Source: Bacteroidales bacterium
GTDB lineage: Bacteria > Bacteroidota > Bacteroidia > Bacteroidales > JAGODS01
NCBI GenBank assembly: GCA_017998135.1
Contig: JAGODS010000002.1
Location: 1 to 38,693, forward strand
DNA: 38,693 nucleotides
Direction: 5' to 3'
The notes beneath the pieces were generated by a model. That model was not told the origin of the DNA and ran no database searches. It was given only the letters and a program-made list of their open reading frames with translations. Below are positions 1-9,881 of the stretch, in pieces (position 1 is the stretch's first letter; each line of letters opens with the position of its first letter). The translations under genes were made by a program, and so were the position numbers.

Positions 1-45
1 GCATAATATTTTAAATATATTTTGGTTTTAAGACTTTTATTTGTA

Positions 46-53
46 TAATTTTG
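46..53 (+). promoter_or_regulatory. candidate Bacteroidota -7 promoter box (TAATTTTG, matches TAnnTTTG)
   Basis: Exact TAnnTTTG match 78 nt upstream of the ATG at 131. A TTTG at 21-24 lies about 21 nt upstream as a possible -33 element. Confidence 0.35.
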
Positions 54-130
54 ATATGTTTATAATAATATTTTTTTATGAAACTATCATAATTATTTTA
101 ACGTATAAATTCAATTAATAATTTATTTTT

Positions 131-3100
131 ATGAATTTCTATAAATTTTTTAAAGTCGTGTGTAATAACCGATATTTTGGTTTATTTTTCATTTTTGTTT
201 TCATTTTTCTTATAAAAACAAATATTTTATCACAGGTAACAGGCGATTATCGTTCAGCAGGTTCGGGGAATTGGACAACTCTTGCTACGTGGCAACGATA
301 TAATGGTTCTTCATGGGTAACTCCAATTACTGGTCAAGGGTATCCCGGACAATTTACCGGTACCGGAGAAGTCTTAATACAATCCGGACATATAGTTACA
401 ATAGGAACAACAGGTCTAACAACATTTCCTATGGGAACTCTTACTATTGATAGTCCAAATGGGCAGTTATATCTTAATGGGGGCAACTCTACTACAAATT
501 ATTCACTTAATACAATGAATGTTGTTATTAAAACAACTTCCGGTTCAATATATTTTAGGAATAAAGCAAGTTTGATTTTACCTTTAAATGGTGTTTTATT
601 TGTTGGTTTAGGCGGGCTTGTTGGAGATTGTAGTAATAATGCTGAAATTAGAATAGGAAACAAAGTGTTTGCAGCCTGTAAGGGTGCTCCCGGTGATATT
701 TATACTTTTGACGAATTGATGACTGCTGGTACAGGAGAAAACCCTGGTGGAACAATTAATGCAATTCCATCTTCAAATTCTCCTATTTGTTCCGGTGCAA
801 CAATAAATCTAACTGGCGGTTATTCGGGTGCTGTTGTTACTGCACCAACTTATTACTGGAGTGTAATTGCACCTAATGATGTTACAACTACATATACGTC
901 TCAAAACGTAAATATATCGTCAGCCTTAGTTGGTAATTATATTGCCACTCTTACCGTTTCTTCTAATAATGACGGAACAATATATACAAATTCCGAAACA
1001 ATTAATGTATTGGTTAATCCATTTCCCACCCTTACAGGTGCAACTCAAGCTAATCCTGTATGTGAAGGAACCGGTGCTTTAATAAATCTAACAGGGCTCT
1101 TACCTAATACTACTTTTTCTTTAAATTATTCCATTAATTCTGTGCCTCAACCGACTATAGAAGGATTAATTTCAAATACATCAGGTATATCAAATTTTAC
1201 GACAGTTCCGCTTTCTATAAGTAATGATGGGCAAAATCTTTTAATAACGGGCATTACTATAACAAGCTCAACTTCTAATTGTTATAAGGCTTTTACGCAA
1301 AATCTTACTTTGTCCGTATTACAAAATGGAAGTTGGACAGGGGTAATTAGTTCGGACTGGAATAATTCCGAAAATTGGTGTGGTGGCATTCCTGATGCTT
1401 CTACTGATGTTATTATTAGAGCATCAGCAACAAATCAACCTATTATATCGTCAGAAAATGCATTTTGCAAGAATATTAATATAAATTCAGACGCTTCTTT
1501 AACAATTATTTCAGATAAAACATTGAATGTTTCAGGAAATTGGATTAATAACGGCACTTTTAATCCTGACAAAAGCTCTGTAATTTTTACAGGAACAACA
1601 ATTATTAGCGGTACAGCAATCAATTCTTTTTATAATATAAATATTACAGGATCTTTAACAGCATCTTTATCAAATATTAATATTGCTGGCAACTGGAATA
1701 ATAGTGGAACTTTTATTCATAATAATGGTACTTTAACTTTTAATGGTATTGAAATACAGAATATCAATAGCGGAGGCTCTGCTTTTTATAATTTGTCTTT
1801 AATCAATAATAATAATACTTGTACTGCATTATCAAATATTATTGTTGAAGGTGTTTTTAATACTTCTCAAAATACTACTCTTGATATGGCTACTTTTGCT
1901 CTTAATGTTAATAATGTAGAGCATTTAGGCACTTTGTTGACACAAAATACTTCTGCTACGCCTATCACATCTGCAAAAAACTGGGGCGGTCTGGTGAATT
2001 ATAATAGTGCTGCCCCTCAAACTCTTAGTAGTGGACTATATAACAATCTTACTGTCAGCACTCCAGGTGGAGCTACTGCCAATGGTGATATTACTGTTAA
2101 TGGTATTCTTAATCTGCCTGTTGATAATCCTAATGAAACTAATGGATTGCTTGAAATGACAAGGGACTACGGAGACTATTCCAATATTTATACTGAACCA
2201 TCTGATTTGATTACTACCAAAACACAAGCCCATGATATTCTGGATTCTTATATTCTTAATCTTGGTGCTAATGCTTTAATTACAGGAATAGGAGATGTTA
2301 CGGGAAGGATTAAACGTTCTTATTTTGAAAATAATAAAGAATATACTTTCGGAAATTCTATTACTACAATTAAGTTTAATAATAATACTTCGGGTACTTT
2401 GCCTTCTGAAATTATGTTTGTTATTACTAAAGGTAATGATAGAGGAATTCATTCAAATAAAATTGATGCAGTAGCGAGATTATTTCAGGTAATACGAAAC
2501 GGAGGAACTTCTCCTACTACCTTTTCAATTAAGTTCGGTTATAGCGAGTCGGAATTAAATGGAAACAATGAAACTGAGCTTGTAGTATGGGATCATCATA
2601 TACCCTATACTTCAGATAATACACCTCATAAGCATGGTAAAGCTTCTCAAAGTTTAACAGATAATTGGATATCGCTTCCGGGGCACGGGATAAATTATTT
2701 GAATACAAGTGAAGTAATTGGAGGGAACACAAAGTACTGGATGATAGCAGGTAAAATGTTTGACGGCATAAAATGGTTAGGAGCAGATATTGGAGATGAA
2801 ACTAACTGGAATAATCCTGCAAACTGGACTGCAGGTAGAGTTCCAAATGAAAATGATGATATTATTATCCCTTTAACAGCTTTTGGACCTACTTTTCCAT
2901 CCGGTCCTGTTGCAACAGTTAAATCAATTACAATAGAAAGTGGAGCTACTGTTAATGGTGCTGATGGTATATTATATATAAAAGGAGGAATACAAAATAA
3001 TGGAGGAACAGGATCTTGGAATAATTATGGTACTTTTAATCCTGGTAACAGCTCTGTGATTTTTGATTTTCCGCGTGATGTTAATAATGAAACTGCTACT

Positions 3101-6100
3101 TTAGCAGGCTCATCAAATTTTTATGATATAACTATTTCTGCCAATACATTTATGATGTTGCAATATCTTTCAACTATAAGTATTGCAGGTTCTTTAACCA
3201 AAACAGGTAATCTGGATGCAGGTACTTTTGAAAATACTTTCATTTATAATGGAACACAGGATCAGACGGTTATATTGCCAGATAATCCTGCTCCTAATTT
3301 TTATAATCTTATTCTTACTGGTACAGGTACTAAAACTTTGCCCGCTGTTGATTTGTTAATTAATAATGATTTGACTCTTTCTGGTACCGCTATTGTTGAG
3401 CCTGTTAATGCCTTATATATTAAAGGAAATTTGAATATTGGCAATGGAGCTTCTTTTACAGCAGGCAGTTTAACTCATACTATTGAAGGCGATTTTATTA
3501 ATAATGGCAGTTTTAATGGAGCAGGCAGTTCACTTATTATTAATGGGACAAAGGCTCAGACTATAGGAGGAACAACCCCCCCCAACCTTAATAATTTATC
3601 TGTTTCTAATACAAGTAATATTGTTACTGCTGCTGTAAACCTAAATTGCACAGGCGATTTCAACAATGAGGGGGTTCTGGATATGACTGATTATACTCTT
3701 TACGTTAACGGAGCTGTTTTAAATGCAGGTACTGTAAAAACTGCATCAACAAGTCCCGCTCCCCTGCCCTTAGGCAAAACCTGGGGCGGTACAGTTGAAT
3801 ATACTGTTGCTACTGGTTCACAAGAAATTGCGGGAGGTTCTTTTAATAATCTTACTTTGTATAATTCTATTGGAAATAATACTGCAAATGGTAATTTAAT
3901 TATTAATAATGGAACTTTATATATAACGGCAGGTGGTACTTTAGATATGGCTACTAATACTTTATCGGGTTCAGGTATTTTTAATAATAATGGAATGATT
4001 AAAACCGCTGTTACTACAGCTTCCTCTTCTACTCCTTTGCCGGTTGGTAAAATATGGAATGGAACTATTGAATACACTGCTCTTACAGGTTCACAAACTG
4101 TGGTTAGCGGTTATTATAATAATCTTAAATTACTTAATACAAGCGGAATAAATATTGCAGGCGGAGATATTGATATTAATAATGAATTAATTACAACTTT
4201 AGGGGGTACTATAGATATGGGTTCTGCTTATGTATTATCAGGTGGAGGTACTTTTAACAACAATGGTATTATTAAAACATCCGTGCCATCCGTTATTAGC
4301 TCTATACCTATACCATCAGGTAAAATATGGGGTGGCACCATTCAGTATGACGCAGTTAACGGTTCCCAAAGTATTGTTTCAGGAACCTATAATAATTTAA
4401 TAATTAGTAGTACTTCTGGGGTTAATACTTTAGAAGGTAACATTACTATTAATAATACTTTTAATTCTGCAAGCGGTGGAACTATTAATACTGAATATGA
4501 TATTAACTTTAATTGTTCTACAACCTGCGGTCAAATTATTAATGCATCTGCAGGTAACGTTAATTATTCTGTTTCTGCTATTAATATTTTAGAAGGAACT
4601 TATAATAACATAGAAATTAATAGTAATCCTGCTCATTTTTGCGGAGCTACAATTATAAATGGAAATTTTGCTCCCTCTGGTATTCTTAACCTTAGTAATA
4701 ACTTAACCTTAAATGGTTCGGTTGTTTGCGGAGCAGGTCTTATTAATGCTTTATCAGGGTCGGTTATTTATGCTATATTAACTGGTGGACAGAATGTAAT
4801 ATCAGGAACTTATTATGATTTAATGCTTAATAATACAAGTGGAATAAATACTGCCTGTGGTAATCTAACTGTAAATAATAATATTTCAACAGTTAATCAT
4901 GGGACTCTTGATATGACAACATTTCAATTGCTTGGTTCACTTAATACAATATCAAACAATGGTATTATAGAAACTGCCAATACATCTGCAAATCCAATCC
5001 CAGCGGGAAAAAACTGGGGTGGTATCATTGAATATTATGGTAATATATCTCAAAAGGCAGTGGGAGGTACTTTCAGTACTTTGGTTGTTAGCGGTACAGG
5101 AGGGGCTATTGCTACAGGTAATATTGTTGTTACTAATGATTTGCGACTTAATAACAATAACCCATCTTCTAATCAAGGTTTACTGGAAATGGCAAGCTAT
5201 ACACTCAATATGGGAGAAGCTGCCATAACCACTGGCATTGGTGATGTTACGGGCATTGTTAAAAGACAACATACTTTTTTAGGAAATATACCTTATACTT
5301 TTGGTAGCGAATTCAGCTCTATTACTTTTGTTAATTATCCAGGTAGTATTAAACCGGGATGGCTAAGTTGCAGGATTACCATTGGATCGGCGCCTGAATG
5401 GAGAACTCAGGCTGTTAAAAGATATTATAGTTTTGCAAAAGATGGAGGTGATGACAGAACAATTATTAATTTAAGATATTTGGACAGCGAACTGGATGTT
5501 GCCGAACCTGTTGAATCAAATCTGGTTATTTGGTGTGCGATAGGTCCCTCACCTGACTGGAATAATATTACAGAAGTCGGTAAATCTAACAATGATATTA
5601 ATAATAACTGGCTAAGTCTGGCAGGAGGTTCTATTCAAGGTATTGCGCCTTCTTCTTCTTTAGATTATAAACAAATTAGTTTTAGTTATTCTGATGTTAC
5701 AAAAATAATTTGGACAGGATTAGGAGTAGATGGCGAAGATTGGGCTCTACCCGGTAACTGGAACGGTGGCGTGCCTTCAGAAACGGATGATGTATATATT
5801 CCTGCCGGCGCCCCATTTTATCCTACTAAGAATTCAGATGTAATAAATTTTCCTGCTATAATAAATTCATTGGAAATTGAAGAACAAGCTTCTGTTACTA
5901 CTACTAATTTTGATATAACTATAAAAGGTGATGCAGGCGCCTGGATTAACAGAGGTTCTTTTTATCCTGAAACAAGAACAGTTACTTTTGCCCCTGTCTC
6001 AGTTGAAAATATCGTTTCAATTTCAGGAACAACTAATTTTAATAATTTGGCAATCGCCGATAATGCATATTTTCAGCCTCTGGCAGATGCTTATATATTA

Positions 6101-7993
6101 ATATCAGGAGGACTTAGTGCAGGTAGTGGTAGTATATTAGATTTTACTACTACCGATAATACTATTGAATATAATGGAGCTTTTCAAACAGTTATTAATC
6201 CTGTTGGTCCTGGTTCAGATAAAGGATACCATAATTTAATTATTAGTGGTAGTGGAAATAAAACTTTAGCGGATAATATAATTATTACTAATCAGCTTGA
6301 GCTTTCTGCAAGTACACTTTTTGTCGGAAATAAAACTTTACAGTATAATAAGATATCTATTAATCAAGGTGTTTTAACTACTAATAATACTTCAAATATT
6401 ATTATTACCGGCGATGCGGCTAATTCTTATATACCTGATTATTTAGGAACTATCCGCGATTTAAATAATCTCACAGTTAATCTTACATCTGCTGATGCTG
6501 TTGTTTATAATTTAAGTAACTTACATTTAAAGGGTATTTTAACTCTAAGTTCGGGAACTTTAAATACGAATAATAATTTGACTTTATTATCTACTGCTGC
6601 TCAGACAGCTTTAATATCAGGGTCAGGTACAGGTAATATTATTGGAAATATATCAGTTCAAAGATATATTCCCGGTAATAGTGGTTATCATTATTTATCT
6701 ACTCCCGTTACAAATGCTACTGCAGGGAGTCTTGCTGCTTATGGTTATGGTTCCCCTATTTGGGGACAGGATTATTCAACTTATACTTATGGACCTGTCA
6801 GCAATATCTGGAGATATGATGAAACAAATATTTCTGAAAAAATTCATTCAACGGGAACTATTATGAATGGATGGGTTTCACCGGCAGGAGCTAATGACTT
6901 TTTAAATCTTTTAGTAGGATATACATTAAATATTAATAGTGGAATTACTGCTCAGCTTATAGGAACTGCCGCTTCTGGTTTATATAGTATTAATGTAACA
7001 AAAACAACTTCTGTAAATCCTGATGATGACGGATGGAATCTTGTTGGAAACCCATATCCATCTCCTATTGACTGGGATGCTTTAAATGGGTGGACTAAAA
7101 CTAATGTTAATAATGCTATTTATATGTTTAAAACTTCTGACAGATATACCGGGAATTATTGTAGTTATATTAATGGTGTCAGTTGTGACGGTATTATAAG
7201 CAATATAATTCCTTCAATGCAGGCTTTTTGGATTAAAGCATCTGCAGACGGAATTCTTGCACTTGATAACAGGGTGAGAACCGAACATCTTAATACACCA
7301 TTTTACAAGAAACAAGATATTCAAAAACCTTTATTAAGACTTTCTGTTAAAGGAGTTGATAATGAGCTAATATCAGATAATACAGTTGTTTATTTTGATA
7401 AACAGGCTTCTGATAATTTTGACTCAAATTTTGATGCAGTTAAATTGTTTAATTCTAATCTTACTGCTTGTAATTTATTTACATTATCAGGAGATAATCA
7501 GAAATTATCTATTAATAGCCTTAATGAAATAAACTATAATCCAATCGTACAACTTAATTTTACTACTGATATTTATGGTTATTATATCTTAAAGGTTAAG
7601 GATTTTCTTAATTTTGACTTTTTCAATTCAATATATCTTGAGGATTTAAGTGCACATAAGTTTATTAAACTTAATTCGCAGACCGAATATAAATTCCTCT
7701 ATAACATTAATGAACCTAAACAATTTGTTCTGCATTTTAATAAAGATTTTAATAATATAGAATCAAAAATCAAGGATAATATCAAAATTTATTCTTCCGA
7801 AAACAGGATAAATATTATAAATTTAAATAATGATAAATATGAATTATTTATTTATAATATTATAGGACAGGAAGTTGAATCTCAGAAAATAAATAATACT
7901 GATTACATAAGCAAGGTTTTGGAGAAAGGAAATTATGTTGTTAAAATCGTTTCAGGTAATAATATTATAGTTAACAAAATTACTGTTTTCTGA
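131..7993 (+). CDS. giant (2620 aa) secreted repeat/adhesin-like surface protein with T9SS C-terminal sorting domain
   Basis: Uninterrupted 7.86-kb ORF with an N-terminal hydrophobic signal/anchor (YFGLFFIFVFIFLIKTNILSQ). The body is N/T/G-rich and beta-helix-like. One module, T..S.P.P.GK.WGG.(I/V)EY..GSQ...G.YNNL, recurs at nt ~1950, 3735, 4005, 4275 and 4975. Another, W.G....DW....NW..G.(I/V)P...DD(I/V).IP, recurs at nt ~1331, 2770 and 5707. A GNPYPSPIDW motif sits at ~7050. The last ~75 aa (KIYSSENRINIINL..GQEV..LEKGNYVVKIVSGNNIIVNKITVF) fit the type-A Por/T9SS sorting tail. Confidence 0.9.
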   Translation: MNFYKFFKVVCNNRYFGLFFIFVFIFLIKTNILSQVTGDYRSAGSGNWTTLATWQRYNGSSWVTPITGQGYPGQFTGTGEVLIQSGHIVTIGTTGLTTFPMGTLTIDSPNGQLYLNGGNSTTNYSLNTMNVVIKTTSGSIYFRNKASLILPLNGVLFVGLGGLVGDCSNNAEIRIGNKVFAACKGAPGDIYTFDELMTAGTGENPGGTINAIPSSNSPICSGATINLTGGYSGAVVTAPTYYWSVIAPNDVTTTYTSQNVNISSALVGNYIATLTVSSNNDGTIYTNSETINVLVNPFPTLTGATQANPVCEGTGALINLTGLLPNTTFSLNYSINSVPQPTIEGLISNTSGISNFTTVPLSISNDGQNLLITGITITSSTSNCYKAFTQNLTLSVLQNGSWTGVISSDWNNSENWCGGIPDASTDVIIRASATNQPIISSENAFCKNININSDASLTIISDKTLNVSGNWINNGTFNPDKSSVIFTGTTIISGTAINSFYNINITGSLTASLSNINIAGNWNNSGTFIHNNGTLTFNGIEIQNINSGGSAFYNLSLINNNNTCTALSNIIVEGVFNTSQNTTLDMATFALNVNNVEHLGTLLTQNTSATPITSAKNWGGLVNYNSAAPQTLSSGLYNNLTVSTPGGATANGDITVNGILNLPVDNPNETNGLLEMTRDYGDYSNIYTEPSDLITTKTQAHDILDSYILNLGANALITGIGDVTGRIKRSYFENNKEYTFGNSITTIKFNNNTSGTLPSEIMFVITKGNDRGIHSNKIDAVARLFQVIRNGGTSPTTFSIKFGYSESELNGNNETELVVWDHHIPYTSDNTPHKHGKASQSLTDNWISLPGHGINYLNTSEVIGGNTKYWMIAGKMFDGIKWLGADIGDETNWNNPANWTAGRVPNENDDIIIPLTAFGPTFPSGPVATVKSITIESGATVNGADGILYIKGGIQNNGGTGSWNNYGTFNPGNSSVIFDFPRDVNNETATLAGSSNFYDITISANTFMMLQYLSTISIAGSLTKTGNLDAGTFENTFIYNGTQDQTVILPDNPAPNFYNLILTGTGTKTLPAVDLLINNDLTLSGTAIVEPVNALYIKGNLNIGNGASFTAGSLTHTIEGDFINNGSFNGAGSSLIINGTKAQTIGGTTPPNLNNLSVSNTSNIVTAAVNLNCTGDFNNEGVLDMTDYTLYVNGAVLNAGTVKTASTSPAPLPLGKTWGGTVEYTVATGSQEIAGGSFNNLTLYNSIGNNTANGNLIINNGTLYITAGGTLDMATNTLSGSGIFNNNGMIKTAVTTASSSTPLPVGKIWNGTIEYTALTGSQTVVSGYYNNLKLLNTSGINIAGGDIDINNELITTLGGTIDMGSAYVLSGGGTFNNNGIIKTSVPSVISSIPIPSGKIWGGTIQYDAVNGSQSIVSGTYNNLIISSTSGVNTLEGNITINNTFNSASGGTINTEYDINFNCSTTCGQIINASAGNVNYSVSAINILEGTYNNIEINSNPAHFCGATIINGNFAPSGILNLSNNLTLNGSVVCGAGLINALSGSVIYAILTGGQNVISGTYYDLMLNNTSGINTACGNLTVNNNISTVNHGTLDMTTFQLLGSLNTISNNGIIETANTSANPIPAGKNWGGIIEYYGNISQKAVGGTFSTLVVSGTGGAIATGNIVVTNDLRLNNNNPSSNQGLLEMASYTLNMGEAAITTGIGDVTGIVKRQHTFLGNIPYTFGSEFSSITFVNYPGSIKPGWLSCRITIGSAPEWRTQAVKRYYSFAKDGGDDRTIINLRYLDSELDVAEPVESNLVIWCAIGPSPDWNNITEVGKSNNDINNNWLSLAGGSIQGIAPSSSLDYKQISFSYSDVTKIIWTGLGVDGEDWALPGNWNGGVPSETDDVYIPAGAPFYPTKNSDVINFPAIINSLEIEEQASVTTTNFDITIKGDAGAWINRGSFYPETRTVTFAPVSVENIVSISGTTNFNNLAIADNAYFQPLADAYILISGGLSAGSGSILDFTTTDNTIEYNGAFQTVINPVGPGSDKGYHNLIISGSGNKTLADNIIITNQLELSASTLFVGNKTLQYNKISINQGVLTTNNTSNIIITGDAANSYIPDYLGTIRDLNNLTVNLTSADAVVYNLSNLHLKGILTLSSGTLNTNNNLTLLSTAAQTALISGSGTGNIIGNISVQRYIPGNSGYHYLSTPVTNATAGSLAAYGYGSPIWGQDYSTYTYGPVSNIWRYDETNISEKIHSTGTIMNGWVSPAGANDFLNLLVGYTLNINSGITAQLIGTAASGLYSINVTKTTSVNPDDDGWNLVGNPYPSPIDWDALNGWTKTNVNNAIYMFKTSDRYTGNYCSYINGVSCDGIISNIIPSMQAFWIKASADGILALDNRVRTEHLNTPFYKKQDIQKPLLRLSVKGVDNELISDNTVVYFDKQASDNFDSNFDAVKLFNSNLTACNLFTLSGDNQKLSINSLNEINYNPIVQLNFTTDIYGYYILKVKDFLNFDFFNSIYLEDLSAHKFIKLNSQTEYKFLYNINEPKQFVLHFNKDFNNIESKIKDNIKIYSSENRINIINLNNDKYELFIYNIIGQEVESQKINNTDYISKVLEKGNYVVKIVSGNNIIVNKITVF

Positions 7994-8026
7994 TAAATAT
8001 TAATTTTTCTCCAACTTATTGATAAT

Positions 8027-8063
8027 AAAAATCCCCGGAAATTTTGTTTCGGGGATTTTTTTT
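8027..8063 (+). terminator. rho-independent terminator after the giant gene
   Basis: AAAAATCCCCG (8027-8037) pairs with CGGGGATTTTT (8050-8060) around a 12-nt loop and is followed by more T. It lies 34 nt after the TGA stop. Confidence 0.7.
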
Positions 8064-8237
8064 AAACCGAATTACATAATTTAATTCAATAAATTCCAAA
8101 ATGTTTTCAGAATTTGAAATTATTGTGTGTTCAATATTTTGCTTATTTTCAACAAAGTGAAGTTATTTTATGAACATATTATAATAAACTATAAATTTGT
8201 GAATAGGCTATTATATTATCTGTTAAAACAGCTAAGT

Positions 8238-8426
8238 TTATTTTTTTTCGCAGATAGTGTTTATTTTGAGTAGGGTGTATAAACCGCAAAAGCCAAATAT
8301 GGCAGTTAAAATCGGGATTAATCCGATTAAGCCCCACCAGCTTCTAAAATAAAGACCTAAGGCAATTATTACAATACCAATAATCCATCTGATTATTTTA
8401 TCAGTTTTTCCTATGTTGCATTTCAT
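8238..8426 (-). CDS. small inner-membrane protein, DUF2892 (YgaP-like) family
   Basis: MKCNIGKTDKIIRWIIGIVIIALGLYF..WWGLIGLIPILTAIFGFCGLY shows the typical DUF2892 N-terminal motif plus two TM helices. The track start at 8456 is a TTG; the ATG at 8426 (MKCNIG) is the more likely start. Confidence 0.7.
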   Translation of the reverse strand: MKCNIGKTDKIIRWIIGIVIIALGLYFRSWWGLIGLIPILTAIFGFCGLYTLLKINTICEKK

Positions 8427-8463
8427 ATATTTAAAATTATAATTATTAGAATGCAAAATAATA

Positions 8464-8471
8464 TATTTTTG
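8464..8471 (+). promoter_or_regulatory. candidate -7 promoter box (TATTTTTG)
   Basis: Exact TAnnTTTG match 31 nt upstream of the ATG at 8502. Confidence 0.4.
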
Positions 8472-8501
8472 CCGATTTAAAATAGTTAAATATTTATAAT
8501 A

Positions 8502-9881
8502 ATGAATTTACCTTTTACAGAATCTTATAAAATAAAAATGGTTGAGGCTATTAGAAGAAGTAGCCGGACAGAACGTGAACAATGGATGAAAGAAGCAGGC
8601 TATAGCTTGTTTTGTTTGCGTAGCGAGCAGGTCTTTATTGATTTGTTGACAGACTCGGGCACAGGAGCTATGAGCGATAAACAGTGGTCTGAGATTATGC
8701 TCGGCGACGAAAGTTATGCTGGCGCTAATTCTTTTTTCAAACTTAAAGAAGCTATTAAGGATATATTCGGCTTTGATTATGTATTGCCTACACATCAAGG
8801 CAGGGCTGCTGAGAATGTATTGTTTTCTACATTGATGAAAGCTGGAGACCTGGTGCCGGGCAATTCGCATTTTGATACTACCAAAGGACATATAGAATAC
8901 AGAAAAGCAATAGCAGTTGATTGCACTATTGATGAAGCTTTTGATACGACAATCTATCACCCTTTTAAAGGTAATATCGATTTGAATAAATTAGAAGCAG
9001 TTTTAAAGTCCAATCCTGCTGATAAAATACCTTTTATACTTATAACCGTAACCTGTAATACCTGTGGCGGTCAGCCCGTTTCATTACAGAATATTAAAGA
9101 TGTGTCGGCGCTGGCGAAAAAATATGGAGTGAAAGTTTTGTTTGATTCGGCGCGCTTTGCTGAGAATGCTTATTTTATTAAGACAAGGGAGGAAGCCTAT
9201 AAAAATAAAACTATACGCGAAATTGTTCGTGAGATGTATGCTGAAGTGGATTTAATCACAATGAGTGCCAAAAAGGATGCAATAGTAAATATTGGAGGTT
9301 TTATTGCTTTCAGGGACGAGGATATATATAAACGTGCCGGAGTAAATAATATAATTTTCGAGGGTTATCTGACTTATGGCGGACTGGCTGGCAGGGACCT
9401 TAATGCAATAGCTCAGGGATTAAGGGAGGGAACGGAGTTTGATTATCTTGAGACAAGAATAAAACAAGTGGCTAAATTAGGACAGGAATTGAAGGATTTT
9501 GGAGTACCTATGCAGGAGCCTTTTGGCGGGCATGCTATCTTTGTTGATGCAGATAGATTTTTTAGTCATATTCCGAGGGAGCAGTTCAGGGCACAGACTC
9601 TTGCTATTGAGCTTTACCTTGAAGGCGGAGTTAGAGGCGTTGAAATAGGCGGGTTGATGATAGACAGAGACCCTGTTACAAGGGAGAATCGTTACCCAAC
9701 TAATGAGTTTTTGCGTCTCGCTATACCCCGCAGGGTATATACGGATAATCATATTCATTATGTCGCTATCGCACTTGCTAATGTCTATAATCGAAGAAAA
9801 GAAATAACCAAAGGGTTTAGAATAAAATGGGAAGCTCCTATAATGAGGCATTTTACAGTTAAATTAGAAAGAGAAATTTGA
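8502..9881 (+). CDS. tnaA: tryptophanase / tyrosine phenol-lyase family PLP-dependent beta-eliminating lyase
   Basis: Full-length 459 aa. Contains YKIKMVE, VFIDLLTDSGTGAMSDKQW, LGDESYAGA, PTHQGRAAENVLF and the PLP-lysine motif MSAKKDAIVNIGGF (KK at nt 9270-9275). Tryptophanase and tyrosine phenol-lyase cannot be separated by eye. Confidence 0.85.
   Translation: MNLPFTESYKIKMVEAIRRSSRTEREQWMKEAGYSLFCLRSEQVFIDLLTDSGTGAMSDKQWSEIMLGDESYAGANSFFKLKEAIKDIFGFDYVLPTHQGRAAENVLFSTLMKAGDLVPGNSHFDTTKGHIEYRKAIAVDCTIDEAFDTTIYHPFKGNIDLNKLEAVLKSNPADKIPFILITVTCNTCGGQPVSLQNIKDVSALAKKYGVKVLFDSARFAENAYFIKTREEAYKNKTIREIVREMYAEVDLITMSAKKDAIVNIGGFIAFRDEDIYKRAGVNNIIFEGYLTYGGLAGRDLNAIAQGLREGTEFDYLETRIKQVAKLGQELKDFGVPMQEPFGGHAIFVDADRFFSHIPREQFRAQTLAIELYLEGGVRGVEIGGLMIDRDPVTRENRYPTNEFLRLAIPRRVYTDNHIHYVAIALANVYNRRKEITKGFRIKWEAPIMRHFTVKLEREI

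Noticed and set aside
1435-6866. Short ORFs inside or antisense to the giant gene: 1435-1623, 2036-2233, 2529-2732, 3700-4077, 4952-5176, 5019-5228, 6642-6866
   Set aside because: All lie fully within a 7.86-kb ORF that has strong protein-like repeat structure. Their products are low-complexity and have no motifs. They are most likely frame artefacts of AT-rich repetitive coding sequence.
8508-9851. Antisense ORFs 8508-8960 and 9477-9851 within the tryptophanase gene
   Set aside because: The sense frame has unmistakable family motifs along its whole length. The antisense products have no recognisable features.
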